A stretch of 64,000 nt of DNA. Origin: Crocinitomicaceae bacterium (GTDB lineage Bacteria > Bacteroidota > Bacteroidia > Flavobacteriales_D > Crocinitomicaceae). The stretch is from contig JBIIBL010000003.1 of assembly GCA_044239425.1 (NCBI GenBank), positions 3,370-67,369 of the forward strand. Direction: 5' to 3'. The notes beneath the pieces are model-generated. The model did not search any database. It saw only the letters and a list, made by a program, of their open reading frames with translations, and was not told the origin of the DNA. Position numbers and translations under genes: made by a program. Below, piece after piece: positions 10,031 to 19,811 of this stretch; position 1 is the stretch's first letter, and every line of letters begins with the position of its first letter.

Positions 10031-10737
10031 ATCCAATCGCCAAACTCGCCGGTGTAGGCAAAGAATACCAAGTTGGCGACCAAACAATAGTTGCGCTACA
10101 ACCCGTCGATTTAGAAATCAGAGCCGGCGAATTATTACTCATCATTGGGCCGTCCGGATCAGGCAAAACTACTTTGCTTTCCTTGCTAGGCTGTGTCATT
10201 TACCCGTCTTATGGCCAACTTTGGGTCAAGGATCAGTTTGTCAATGAGCTCAATCAGAAAGAACTCGCAGCTTTGCGTTTGCACACCATTGGCTTTGTTT
10301 TTCAGAGTTTCAACCTTATTGCACCACTCAACGCCCTCGATAACGTCATGATGCCTTTGCAACTCAAGAAAATGCCAAGGGCAGAAGCCAAGAAAAAAGC
10401 ACTCGACGCGCTTGAACTTGTAGGCATGCTCGACCGCAAAGGCAACCTTCCTAAACAACTTTCTGGCGGCCAACAACAACGAGTAGCCATTGCCCGTGCT
10501 TTGGTAACAGATCCGCAATTAGTGCTCTGCGACGAGCCCACGGCTTCTCTAGACGCCAATTCTATCTCTACGGTCATGCAAGAGCTTGTAAAACTCGCAC
10601 GCAGCGGCAAAGCTGTTTGTGTGGTGACCCACGACCCACGCCTCATCCAATACGCCGACCGCATCATAGAGGTTGAAGCCGGCTGCGCCACCGAAATAAC
10701 CAAAACCGACCTTTCTCAAAAATTAGCCATTCACTGA
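10027..10737 (+). CDS. ABC transporter ATP-binding protein, DevA/MacB-type
   Basis: Walker A GPSGSGKTT, signature LSGGQQQRVAIARAL, Walker B LVLCDEPTASLD and H-loop VTHD. There is an ATGA overlap with the aldehyde dehydrogenase stop. Confidence 0.9.
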   Translation: MNPIAKLAGVGKEYQVGDQTIVALQPVDLEIRAGELLLIIGPSGSGKTTLLSLLGCVIYPSYGQLWVKDQFVNELNQKELAALRLHTIGFVFQSFNLIAPLNALDNVMMPLQLKKMPRAEAKKKALDALELVGMLDRKGNLPKQLSGGQQQRVAIARALVTDPQLVLCDEPTASLDANSISTVMQELVKLARSGKAVCVVTHDPRLIQYADRIIEVEAGCATEITKTDLSQKLAIH

Positions 10738-10738
10738 T

Positions 10739-11671
10739 ATGTATTCAAAAATCCTCCTCCCTGCCCTCCTCCTTTTAACACTCAATTCTTGTGGTGGTAA
10801 AGCCGAAAAAGAAGTCAAAGTCGATAAATACAAAGTCGATAAAATTGACAAAATTATTGGGATTGCGCGCATAGAGCCCGCCGCCAAAATTAGCCCGCTA
10901 GGTGCCGAAAGCGCAGGAAAAATCGCTAAAATCCATGTTTTGGAAGGTGTATATGTCAAAAAAGGCACCCTTCTACTCACCCTAGATCAAAGTCTTGATA
11001 TAGCGCAAATGCAACAAAGTGAGGCCAAATTACTGACACGTCAACAGCGTATTAAAAGCCTTGAAGCCAAAATTGAAGCCATCGAACTCAAAGTCAGTAT
11101 TGCAGACATCGAGCGCGGACGCGACCGCAACCTAGCTGCCGCACAAGCTGGCACCCAAAAAGCAGCGTTTGACTCCGAAAGCGCTTACAAAAATTTGAAA
11201 GCAGAACTCAATATTGCCAAAGCCGATTTAGCAGAAGCCAAAGCAACCTTAGGTGAGGTGGAAACAGAACGCAACTATTCCAAAACGCTTTTAGACAAAA
11301 AGAACATTTACGCACCAGCCGATGGTATGGTCTTGAGCTGGGACAGCAAATTAGGTCAAGCATTAAGTATCGGAACCAAACTCGGTGATTTCGCGCCTGC
11401 CGGAGACCTCATCGCTACCACAGAAGTAGACGAACTTTTTGCCATGAAAGTCAAAAAAGGGCAGCGCGTTCAGATCAATATCCAAGGAACAAAGGAAAAG
11501 CTAAGTTCGGGAACAGTTGTCTACTGTGCGCCTTTTCTCTCCAAAAAATCGATCTTCAATGACCGTGCTGACAACCTCGAAGACCGCCGTGTGCGAGAGG
11601 TACGGGTGCGCATAGACCAACCCGAAGCGGTTTTGATTGGTAGTAGAGTCGAATGCGTCATTAGCCTATAG
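10739..11671 (+). CDS. HlyD/DevB-family membrane-fusion (periplasmic adaptor) lipoprotein
   Basis: 310 aa with lipobox LTLNSC. A long coiled-coil hairpin segment is followed by a beta-barrel region, and the gene lies between the ATPase and permease genes. Confidence 0.8.
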   Translation: MYSKILLPALLLLTLNSCGGKAEKEVKVDKYKVDKIDKIIGIARIEPAAKISPLGAESAGKIAKIHVLEGVYVKKGTLLLTLDQSLDIAQMQQSEAKLLTRQQRIKSLEAKIEAIELKVSIADIERGRDRNLAAAQAGTQKAAFDSESAYKNLKAELNIAKADLAEAKATLGEVETERNYSKTLLDKKNIYAPADGMVLSWDSKLGQALSIGTKLGDFAPAGDLIATTEVDELFAMKVKKGQRVQINIQGTKEKLSSGTVVYCAPFLSKKSIFNDRADNLEDRRVREVRVRIDQPEAVLIGSRVECVISL

Positions 11672-11673
11672 CC

Positions 11674-12807
11674 ATGCAATTATTGCGCACCGCCCTCAAA
11701 TTCATCAAATTCGATAAGCCCAAAAGTATTGGCGCGTTGTTTGGCGTTATCATCTCTATCTTTTTGGTTGGTCAGCAAACCGGTATTTTTACCTTCTTGA
11801 CCAATGCTATGTGCTATTTTGTGCGGGTGAACGACGGCTATGTGTGGGTTACTGACAACAAAACCGAAAACGTCAATGCACTTGCCCCAATAGATGTGCG
11901 TTTGGGTTTTGAAATGGAAAGTTTACCGCACATCAAAAAAGCGCATCAGTTTGTCATTGCGAGTGGCGCAGCACGTTTCCCAGACGGCACCGCTGCCGGC
12001 CTAAGTATTGTTGGGGTCGAATTACCTGAATTCAACGGTATTCAGCAAGGTATTTTCTTTGACGGCAGCCCACAAGACCTCATTTCAGACGGCGCTGTTT
12101 CGGTAGACTTCTTCGACGCCAAAGCACTCGGTAAACCCGAAAAAGGCGACTATTTTGAACTCAATAACAAGCAGGTCCGCATCGCCGCCATCACCAAAGG
12201 TGCGCGCTCTTTTGGAGGCGGCCTCATTTCCTACACCACCATAGACCGCGCCCGTTTCTTGGGCAATGTTTCGGCATCCAAAACTTCGGCCTTTTTGGTA
12301 GAGGTAGACCGCACTGCAAACATGGAAAAAGTAGTGAAATCAATCAATGCGAATATTCCGGGCGTCAAGGCCTGGATGCCCGTCGAGTTTAAAAACCAAA
12401 CGATTTTGACGGTACTGAAGTCGAGTGGCATCGCTTTCTCTTTTGGAACGCTCATTATTTTTGCGCTCATTTCGGGCTTTATCATCATTGGGCTCACCCT
12501 CTACTCTGCCGCCATTGACCGCATCAAGGACTACGGAACCCTCAAAGCCATTGGTGCCACCAACGGCTACATCCGCAAACTCATTTTAATGCAAGCTACC
12601 CTTTATGCCATAGTTGGTTTTATGATTGGATATGCGCTGATCGAAGGCTTCCGAAACGGCATTGCCAATGCGGGCACACTCTTTACGTTCTCACCAGCTA
12701 TCAAATTTGGCTTTTTCGTCATTACGGCTGTTATTAGCATTTCCGGAACCTTGTTTGCCATTCGCCGCATCACCAAACTTGAACCCGCTTCAGTTTTCAG
12801 GAATTGA
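11674..12807 (+). CDS. ABC transporter permease, FtsX/DevC-like
   Basis: 377 aa with the MacB/FtsX topology: an N-terminal TM helix, a large extracytoplasmic domain and three C-terminal TM helices. Confidence 0.8.
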   Translation: MQLLRTALKFIKFDKPKSIGALFGVIISIFLVGQQTGIFTFLTNAMCYFVRVNDGYVWVTDNKTENVNALAPIDVRLGFEMESLPHIKKAHQFVIASGAARFPDGTAAGLSIVGVELPEFNGIQQGIFFDGSPQDLISDGAVSVDFFDAKALGKPEKGDYFELNNKQVRIAAITKGARSFGGGLISYTTIDRARFLGNVSASKTSAFLVEVDRTANMEKVVKSINANIPGVKAWMPVEFKNQTILTVLKSSGIAFSFGTLIIFALISGFIIIGLTLYSAAIDRIKDYGTLKAIGATNGYIRKLILMQATLYAIVGFMIGYALIEGFRNGIANAGTLFTFSPAIKFGFFVITAVISISGTLFAIRRITKLEPASVFRN

Positions 12808-12839
12808 TGCTTCTCGCGTTATTTTCAAACGGGTTCATC

Positions 12840-14369
12840 TTATTCATATAAAGAGAACAACGCCACGTTATCTATACCGAGTCGCTCAACAATGAAGGTA
12901 TTCCACTTAAGCATTGCCTTGCGATTTTGTCCACGGTCCACTTGCGTTAAAAATTCATTCAAGAGCAACTCGAGTTCTGTTTGAGTTTCATTATAATGCC
13001 CTTGAATAGAAGCCAAATTCAACTTTTCACCTCGACATTTAGCTTCAAAATTTCTTCGTTTTATTTCACACAAATCAAAGTACATATTAATGAAACAATT
13101 GACGTATTTGTCAACAGGCAAGTGATAAAAGGTGGCGTACGGATCAATGACACAAGTGCTGAGAAGTACTAACGAATCGGTAGTCGGAATTAAATCTGTA
13201 AACAACTGAACTTTGAGCTTATAGAGGCTCGACACATCTCCATTTGGTGGCCTGGCATCCACACTTTGGGGCAGCGCTTCTCTGATCAAAACCCTGTTTT
13301 CAGACCACTGGATAAATGGGTGCTCAAAAAATCGGTAAGCGGCAATCTGACCATCTTCAAGCAACTGATTGCGCAGCGTAGCTTGCTCATAGAAGAACTG
13401 ATTTCTTTGCTGAACAGCCATTACTGGCCATGGCTCAGGGTTCGACTGCCAAAAAACACTTGCATAAGGATAAGCCAGTATTTGTCGGTATTCGCTGACG
13501 CCCTCCTCAAAAACAAAATAAGGCTCCGTGAAATTGATGCTTGCGTCGTATACTTTGAGTTTGGCCTCGGTTCTTAAGATGCAATCAACGGTATCTGTTT
13601 GGTGCATGCGGCTAGAATAATGAACCGCGTAGTTGGCCTGAATTTGACTCAGCACAGGGCCGAGCGCGCTGTTCTGAAAAGCACAAAGCAATTGAAGGTC
13701 AAAATTTTTGATGCTATCCACATGAAAAATGGGCAAAAATGGATGCTGCTGACAGTGCTTACATTGTAAATCGAGTTGCGACACAAATTTTGTGGTCGGA
13801 TTGACCCAAGCGGTGCCACTAAATGATTTCCCATCGTTTTTGCGCGGTGCAAATCGAATTTCTAAAAGTGTATCCTGTGCGGCAGCCTGCACGGTATCAG
13901 CCAACCAAAATCGAAAATATTTCTGTGGACGCTTCCCTACATTAAAGGGCGAATAAGCAAAACCATTATTAGGATCGGTTAGTTGAAAGCCTACGAGTGC
14001 GGTTGCAGTCGCTTGCGAGGCAAAATATCGCTTGTTGCGAGGTACTAAAGCCAAACGCCCCGTCTTGAGCTTGGCTGAGGCTGGCCCGTAAGAAGCCTGA
14101 TTTAAAATGTAATATGCCTCTACGAGCTCCAATTGTTGGTTATCGATAAAACTGCGCAATTCATAATAGGCGTTCGCCTTTGAAACTTGTTCAACTTTTC
14201 CTGCACTGCACTGCAATAAAAGTTGAGCTAAGGCTTCTTGATTTCCGGTTCCTACCCGCACTTCCTTTACCTCTTGGGTGCGGCCGTCAAGTTGCGGTAC
14301 TTGCGCATAAGTTAAAACGGAAAGAAAACAACAAAACCCGTACTGAAAAGCTTCTCTAGCGGACATCAT
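12840..14369 (-). CDS. hypothetical secreted protein
   Basis: 509 aa with an N-terminal hydrophobic signal-like segment ending ..LTYAQ. No recognisable domain. It fills the whole interval with no competing ORF. Confidence 0.6.
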   Translation of the reverse strand: MMSAREAFQYGFCCFLSVLTYAQVPQLDGRTQEVKEVRVGTGNQEALAQLLLQCSAGKVEQVSKANAYYELRSFIDNQQLELVEAYYILNQASYGPASAKLKTGRLALVPRNKRYFASQATATALVGFQLTDPNNGFAYSPFNVGKRPQKYFRFWLADTVQAAAQDTLLEIRFAPRKNDGKSFSGTAWVNPTTKFVSQLDLQCKHCQQHPFLPIFHVDSIKNFDLQLLCAFQNSALGPVLSQIQANYAVHYSSRMHQTDTVDCILRTEAKLKVYDASINFTEPYFVFEEGVSEYRQILAYPYASVFWQSNPEPWPVMAVQQRNQFFYEQATLRNQLLEDGQIAAYRFFEHPFIQWSENRVLIREALPQSVDARPPNGDVSSLYKLKVQLFTDLIPTTDSLVLLSTCVIDPYATFYHLPVDKYVNCFINMYFDLCEIKRRNFEAKCRGEKLNLASIQGHYNETQTELELLLNEFLTQVDRGQNRKAMLKWNTFIVERLGIDNVALFSLYE

Positions 14370-14398
14370 GTTGTGAAAATAGCTAATTTTGAAACTAC

Positions 14399-15145
14399 AT
14401 GGAGCAAAACGAACCTACACGCATCAATAAATACCTCAGTGAAGTTGGTTTCTGCTCTCGCAGGGCCGCAGACAAACTCATCGAACAAGGGCGCGTGCGC
14501 ATCAATGGTCAAGTTCCCGAAATGGGTACCAAAGTGCAGCCAGGCGATATCATTACCGTAGACGACGAACCTATCGGCGCACCTCAAGAAGAATTCATCT
14601 ATATCGCGTTCAACAAACCAGTTGGAATTGTGTGCACCACCGACCACATCCGCGAGAAAGACAACATCATTGACTACATCAATCACCCGAAACGCATTTT
14701 TCCTATCGGTCGCCTAGACAAACCCAGCGAGGGCCTCATCTTTTTGACCAACGACGGCGATATCGTCAATAAAATTTTGCGGGCGCGCAACAACCACGAA
14801 AAAGAATATTCAGTAACGGTCAATAAGCCAATCACCAAAGAATTTATTCAAAAAATGAGCAACGGCATTCCTATTTTAGGAACCCGCACACGCAAATGCG
14901 TCGTGAAGCAAACGGGCAGCCATACCTTTACGATCATCCTGACCCAAGGCCTCAACCGCCAAATTCGCCGCATGTGTGAGTTCCTTGACTACCGCGTGAG
15001 TAAGCTCAAACGCGTGCGCATCATGAACATCAAACTCGACCTCCCCGTGGGCCAATGGCGCTACCTCAAAGAAGATGAAATCTTAGTGATCCAATCGATG
15101 GTGGCCGATAGTATTAAAGCTTTTGATGAGCACGGTTATGAATAG
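14399..15145 (+). CDS. rluF: 23S rRNA pseudouridine synthase RluF
   Basis: 248 aa with an S4 domain ([26 protein letters not shown]) and catalytic-Asp context [24 protein letters not shown] is present, and the protein is collinear with E. coli RluF as I remember it. Confidence 0.88.
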   Translation: MEQNEPTRINKYLSEVGFCSRRAADKLIEQGRVRINGQVPEMGTKVQPGDIITVDDEPIGAPQEEFIYIAFNKPVGIVCTTDHIREKDNIIDYINHPKRIFPIGRLDKPSEGLIFLTNDGDIVNKILRARNNHEKEYSVTVNKPITKEFIQKMSNGIPILGTRTRKCVVKQTGSHTFTIILTQGLNRQIRRMCEFLDYRVSKLKRVRIMNIKLDLPVGQWRYLKEDEILVIQSMVADSIKAFDEHGYE

Positions 15146-15155
15146 GGTTAAAATT

Positions 15156-16742
15156 CTACTCCACCTCCTCAAATAACAACCTGACACCTGGGTCAATTAT
15201 ATAAGTCCATTTTTGACCTTTAATTGAGGCAGGAACTGATATTTTCATTTCTCTTAGCGTAAACTCCACAGCTACCCTTTCTTTGGTGCCGTCCGCAGCC
15301 ACAAAATCAATTTGCAAGGGAAAAGAGAAAAGTTGTTGTTGCACCTGAGAGATGAGCAGAAATTGCTTGTTATCGTTGTTGATTTTCAACTTTGGATGCC
15401 CAACTTGGTAGAGCCATTGTTCAAAGAAATCATTCAGGTCTGCCCTCACTTCTAGACCATCTACATGTGCTATCATGATGTTACAAAAATCTGTAGAATT
15501 CGCATTGCGGTGTTTGTAGGTGGCGTAATATGCACGAAGTCCTTCAAAAAAAGCGGAGTCGCCCATTTCTTGGCGGAGCATATGCAAAACCCAGCTACCC
15601 TTCTGATAAGCGTTGGCATTCAGCAACAAATTGAGGTCAGTGGTGAGCGAATCGACAAGTGGTTTATTAAAATCGAGACCAAAACGCACTACACGCTTGC
15701 GGTCTTGGGCCATTTGCGCTAAAAAAGGAACGCTGCCTTCAGAATGCGCAATGTAAATATTGGTGAGGTAAGTGGCGAAACCTTCGCTCAGCCAAAGATG
15801 AGGCCACCCCGACTCCGTGACCGCATTACCAAACCATTGATGCGCAATTTCGTGCGCTACCAAATGTGCGCTGCGCAAATCTGCGTTCAAAGAGTTTTCA
15901 TCGTAGAAAATACAACCTGCGTTTTCCATGCCACCATATTTAGTGGTTGACTGCACGTTGTTGAGCACAGGATAGGCATAAGCGCCCAGCAGATTGATGT
16001 AAAAATCGGTCACTTTTGGGGCCACCTCAAAAAACGTAGCCAACGCCTTCACACTATCTTGCGGGTAAACTGTGGCACTGATCGGAATACCGTCCAGTAC
16101 TGTAATTTCTTTGGTTACAAAGGCCGCCACACCAATTACCGCTACTTTGGTAGCTATTGGCTCGTCAAGGCGGTAGGTCCAGACAACTGAGGCGCCGTTC
16201 TCTTTTGGAAGTTTAGACAATAAGTTGCCGTTGGCCACCACCATTAAGTCTTTGGATGCTTGCACAACAAATTGATAAGTCGCTTTGTCTGAAGGGTGGT
16301 CGTGGCAAGCATACCAATAGCGGGCGCGGTTGGGCCAGTTGTCGGCAAAGTAAGTAGGGTCGCCAAATTTGTTGTCGGTCATGATCAGGCCATCGCTGGG
16401 CTCACCACTCATTTGAATGAAGAGTTGGATGTCTCCATTTTGTAATTGCGCAGGCAGTTCAATCAAAAGTTGCTCCTCAGTTTGCTTCCATTTGACATTT
16501 TGATATGGAGCGGTAACACTACTCACCTTCATGCCTGTCCTTTGATGCTGAGGAGCTATTAGATCTAATTTCAAATGGCTGGTTGGCGCTAAGAGCCGAA
16601 TTTGCAGGGCTTCAGTAAGTTGAATTTGTTTAGAATCTTTGCTGAGAATGATATTTAAATCATAGTGGAGCACATCAAAGTCTGACTGTCCAAAGGCTAA
16701 AAAAGACCAAAAGAATAAAAGTAAAACGCTATAAATTTTCAT
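15156..16742 (-). CDS. M1-family zinc metallopeptidase (aminopeptidase N-like), secreted
   Basis: 528 aa with a signal peptide, GGMEN-like exopeptidase motif (YGGMENAG), HEIAHQWFGN and the downstream WLSEGFA glutamate. Confidence 0.88.
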   Translation of the reverse strand: MKIYSVLLLFFWSFLAFGQSDFDVLHYDLNIILSKDSKQIQLTEALQIRLLAPTSHLKLDLIAPQHQRTGMKVSSVTAPYQNVKWKQTEEQLLIELPAQLQNGDIQLFIQMSGEPSDGLIMTDNKFGDPTYFADNWPNRARYWYACHDHPSDKATYQFVVQASKDLMVVANGNLLSKLPKENGASVVWTYRLDEPIATKVAVIGVAAFVTKEITVLDGIPISATVYPQDSVKALATFFEVAPKVTDFYINLLGAYAYPVLNNVQSTTKYGGMENAGCIFYDENSLNADLRSAHLVAHEIAHQWFGNAVTESGWPHLWLSEGFATYLTNIYIAHSEGSVPFLAQMAQDRKRVVRFGLDFNKPLVDSLTTDLNLLLNANAYQKGSWVLHMLRQEMGDSAFFEGLRAYYATYKHRNANSTDFCNIMIAHVDGLEVRADLNDFFEQWLYQVGHPKLKINNDNKQFLLISQVQQQLFSFPLQIDFVAADGTKERVAVEFTLREMKISVPASIKGQKWTYIIDPGVRLLFEEVE

Positions 16743-17623
16743 AGGCCAAATAATACGCCTTCTTTAAGGGAATAAGGCGAAATGAAGATGTGTTGAATAT
16801 GAGCCGCACGCAAGACCCAGCGGGTCTTGATAGCAGCGAGTGGTGCCATGCGTTTGCGAATGGCAATGATGTGCGGGTTTTGGTCGCGTTCGGCCTGCGT
16901 AGATCGAATGATTTGCTCGAGCATTTGCTCAAATTGTGTTGTGTCTACCCAAACAGATTGCCCTTGCGCTTCAAAGATTTGCTGGGACATTAATTCGTAA
17001 AATGTTTCGAAGCTACCCGAAGATCCGATGAGGATGTTGGGGAGATCTTGCTGAAAAAAAGCACCGCAACGCGCTTCCAAATAGGCTTCGATCATTGCAA
17101 TATCGGCCGGCGTGTAGGGGTCTTGGAGTTCGAAGTGTTGATAAAGGCGAGAGACCCCAATATCGAAGGACTGCGCTAAGTAAGGCCCCTTGGGGTTGGC
17201 CGCAATGAATTCGGTAGAGCCACCGCCGATGTCCATGATGAGCGCTGGATGTTGAAAATCGTGGGTCAGGCGCACGCCTTTATAAATCAATTCAGCTTCG
17301 CGTTGGCCGGTAATGATTTCAATTGTAAAATGGAGTTCATTTTGTACTTTATACAACAACTCTTGCGCATTGGTGGCGTCGCGCAAAGCAGAAGTACCGA
17401 TGGCTTGAATTTCTTGAACTTGCCATGTTTGGCAAAGTGCTTTAAAGCGATGTAGCGTATCAAAAGCGCGCAGCATTGCGGCTGCACTGATTCGTCCTTC
17501 GTTGATACCCCCCATTCCTAAGGAAACGCCCTCTTTGGTCTGAAAAAGTACTTCGCGTGTCAAGGTGTCGGCGATCAGCAGATTAAAGGTATTGGTTCCG
17601 AGATCGATGACAGCCCTGCGCAT
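16739..17623 (-). CDS. Ppx/GppA-family phosphatase (short form)
   Basis: 294 aa with ASKHA-fold motifs IDLGTNTFNLLIAD and DIGGGSTEF. An ATGA overlap links it to the downstream peptidase gene. Confidence 0.82.
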   Translation of the reverse strand: MRRAVIDLGTNTFNLLIADTLTREVLFQTKEGVSLGMGGINEGRISAAAMLRAFDTLHRFKALCQTWQVQEIQAIGTSALRDATNAQELLYKVQNELHFTIEIITGQREAELIYKGVRLTHDFQHPALIMDIGGGSTEFIAANPKGPYLAQSFDIGVSRLYQHFELQDPYTPADIAMIEAYLEARCGAFFQQDLPNILIGSSGSFETFYELMSQQIFEAQGQSVWVDTTQFEQMLEQIIRSTQAERDQNPHIIAIRKRMAPLAAIKTRWVLRAAHIQHIFISPYSLKEGVLFGL

Positions 17624-17625
17624 GC

Positions 17626-18867
17626 TTAGAATCTAAGAATGTATTGTTTGTACCACCTGCCCGCTAATTTGAGCAGCAAAAGTGCGGCGCCCAATAAGAT
17701 CAAGAGGCTGAGCATGGTGGTGGTATAGCCTACAACCGTTGCACCTTTTGCCAAGCTGATGAAAGCCAAAACAGGTGAACTAAACGGCAAGTAAGTCAGG
17801 ACTTCAGTAAGGGTTGTGTTGGGGTAATAGATGGCGTAAATGCCTGCGAAAATGCCAAATGCCACCATAAAAATCAAGGGAAGTAAAAACTGCTGACCAT
17901 CGGCATCGGCGCTGCTACGGGCACCTAAGACCGCGAATAGCGAACCATAAAACAAGAAACTAGCTGCAAAGAACAAAATAAAGTGGAGCAGTAAAAAAGG
18001 AAAGTTCAGTTGCTCAAAAACCAACGAAGACAGCGGATTGAGTCTTTGAGGGCCGGCCTCTCCCCAATTGCTCGGGTCGAATACATCTAGAAAAACCGTT
18101 TGCTGCAAAAAGAAAAGCCCTAAACTCAAGACCACCGCCCAGCCGAGCAATTGCAAAAGCGCCACTAGGCCAATTCCTGTTATTTTACTCAGCATCAGTT
18201 GCTCTGGGCGCACACTTGCAAGTAACACTTCTACAATTCGGTTGCTTTTTTCACGAACGGTAGCCCTGAAGATGGTCATGCCGTAGAGCCCAACAAAAAA
18301 CAAAATGAAGGCACCGAAGACAAACCCGGCCCATGCGTTGGCTTCTTTGGACTCGTTTTTAGGGTCTTTGAGGTCGCGAAAATCAAAAACAAATCCTTGT
18401 TTGATTTGCCTGAAAGCCTGCTCCGTTAAAGTGGAATGTTGCGACGCAATAAGTTCTTCCATGCGTTTTTCTACTTGAAATTTGAGCTGGATACGGGCAT
18501 CTAAGCCAAGTTGGTCTCGGTAAAAAACAAAACATTTTTTATTGTTGAGGACTTTCTCATTGAGCTCCAAAAGGACATCGAATTCTTGATAAGCTTTTGC
18601 CTTCTCAAATTCTTGCATCTCGAGGTAGTCGTCAATAAAATAGTAATGGATGTTTTTTTCATCCTGAGCCATAAGGCGATGCGCCATAATTTGCCCGGGG
18701 TCAGCAATAAGTACTTTGAGCTCTTGCTTGCCTTCGTCGGCTGCTTTGAGGATGGCAACCAATAACAAAAGCAGGACAAGCGGCCCAAGTACAAGCATGT
18801 ACCAAAATCCTTTTTGACCAAGTCTTTCTTGGATTTCGCGTTTGGTGAGGAGCAAAAACTTAGACAT
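17626..18867 (-). CDS. ABC-2 type transporter permease (NatB-like)
   Basis: 413 aa: an N-terminal TM helix, a large extracytoplasmic loop and a C-terminal bundle of TM helices. It overlaps the upstream ABC ATPase gene by 8 nt. Confidence 0.78.
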   Translation of the reverse strand: MSKFLLLTKREIQERLGQKGFWYMLVLGPLVLLLLLVAILKAADEGKQELKVLIADPGQIMAHRLMAQDEKNIHYYFIDDYLEMQEFEKAKAYQEFDVLLELNEKVLNNKKCFVFYRDQLGLDARIQLKFQVEKRMEELIASQHSTLTEQAFRQIKQGFVFDFRDLKDPKNESKEANAWAGFVFGAFILFFVGLYGMTIFRATVREKSNRIVEVLLASVRPEQLMLSKITGIGLVALLQLLGWAVVLSLGLFFLQQTVFLDVFDPSNWGEAGPQRLNPLSSLVFEQLNFPFLLLHFILFFAASFLFYGSLFAVLGARSSADADGQQFLLPLIFMVAFGIFAGIYAIYYPNTTLTEVLTYLPFSSPVLAFISLAKGATVVGYTTTMLSLLILLGAALLLLKLAGRWYKQYILRF

Positions 18868-19786
18868 CTTGGGTTTCTTTTTGGGTGATCAGGTCGACAA
18901 ACACTTCTTGCATGGACGGCAATAACAGCTCGAGGTGCTCGACTTCTACGTTGGCCTGCAAACTGCGCATGAGGTCATTGACGGTGCTGGTGCCGCGTAT
19001 TTGCAAGATGCATTCAAAGATGCCTTCTGTGCGTTCTTTTTGTTCGAGCAAAGTGAAATCGGTCCAGAGCGCATTGGCAAAACTGAGCATATTGCCTTTG
19101 AAGCGAACGAACACGCGGCCTTTTGTATGGGCCTGACGCAAGTGTAGTACGGCATCTTGGGCGAGTATTTTGCCCTGATGCAACAGCGCTGCGTGATCGC
19201 AAATTTCGTCAACGCTTTTCATGTTGTGCGTAGACAATATGATGGTAGTGCCCTTTTCTTTGAGCGCCTTAATTTCGTTCATGATGAGCTCCACATTCAG
19301 TGGGTCAAAACCAGAAAGGGGTTCATCGAGAATAAGTAGTTGGGGTTGGTGCACGAGCGCGGCAATGAACTGCACTTTTTGCGCCATTCCTTTGGATAGC
19401 GTGGCAATGCGTTTGTTTTGCCAATCTTGGATTTCAAAATGCGTGAGCCAGTGGTCGACGTTTTGGGCGGCATCTTGTTTGGTGAGGCCTCGGAGTTGGG
19501 CCAAGAACAATAAATGCGCGCGAACATCCATGCTTTTGTACAAGCCGCGTTCTTCGGGTAAATAGCCGATTTGTTGCAAATGGCTGGCCTGTAAAAGTTG
19601 CCCATCAAAATAAATACTTCCCGCATCTGGGCTGAGCATTTGATTGAGCATGCGAATGAGGGTGGTTTTGCCCGCGCCGTTCGGACCTAAAAGTCCAAAA
19701 ATTTGACCTTTCGGGACTTCCAAAGAAACGTTGTCTAGGACCAACTTGCGCTGATAGGACTTGCTGATTTGCGCTACTTTAATCAT
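18860..19786 (-). CDS. ABC transporter ATP-binding protein (NatA-like)
   Basis: Walker A GPNGAGKTT, signature LSKGMAQKVQF, Walker B LLILDEPLSGFD and H-loop STHN. Confidence 0.88.
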   Translation of the reverse strand: MIKVAQISKSYQRKLVLDNVSLEVPKGQIFGLLGPNGAGKTTLIRMLNQMLSPDAGSIYFDGQLLQASHLQQIGYLPEERGLYKSMDVRAHLLFLAQLRGLTKQDAAQNVDHWLTHFEIQDWQNKRIATLSKGMAQKVQFIAALVHQPQLLILDEPLSGFDPLNVELIMNEIKALKEKGTTIILSTHNMKSVDEICDHAALLHQGKILAQDAVLHLRQAHTKGRVFVRFKGNMLSFANALWTDFTLLEQKERTEGIFECILQIRGTSTVNDLMRSLQANVEVEHLELLLPSMQEVFVDLITQKETQDV

Positions 19787-19811
19787 GATTTAAAGCTAAG
19801 AAAAATCTTGA

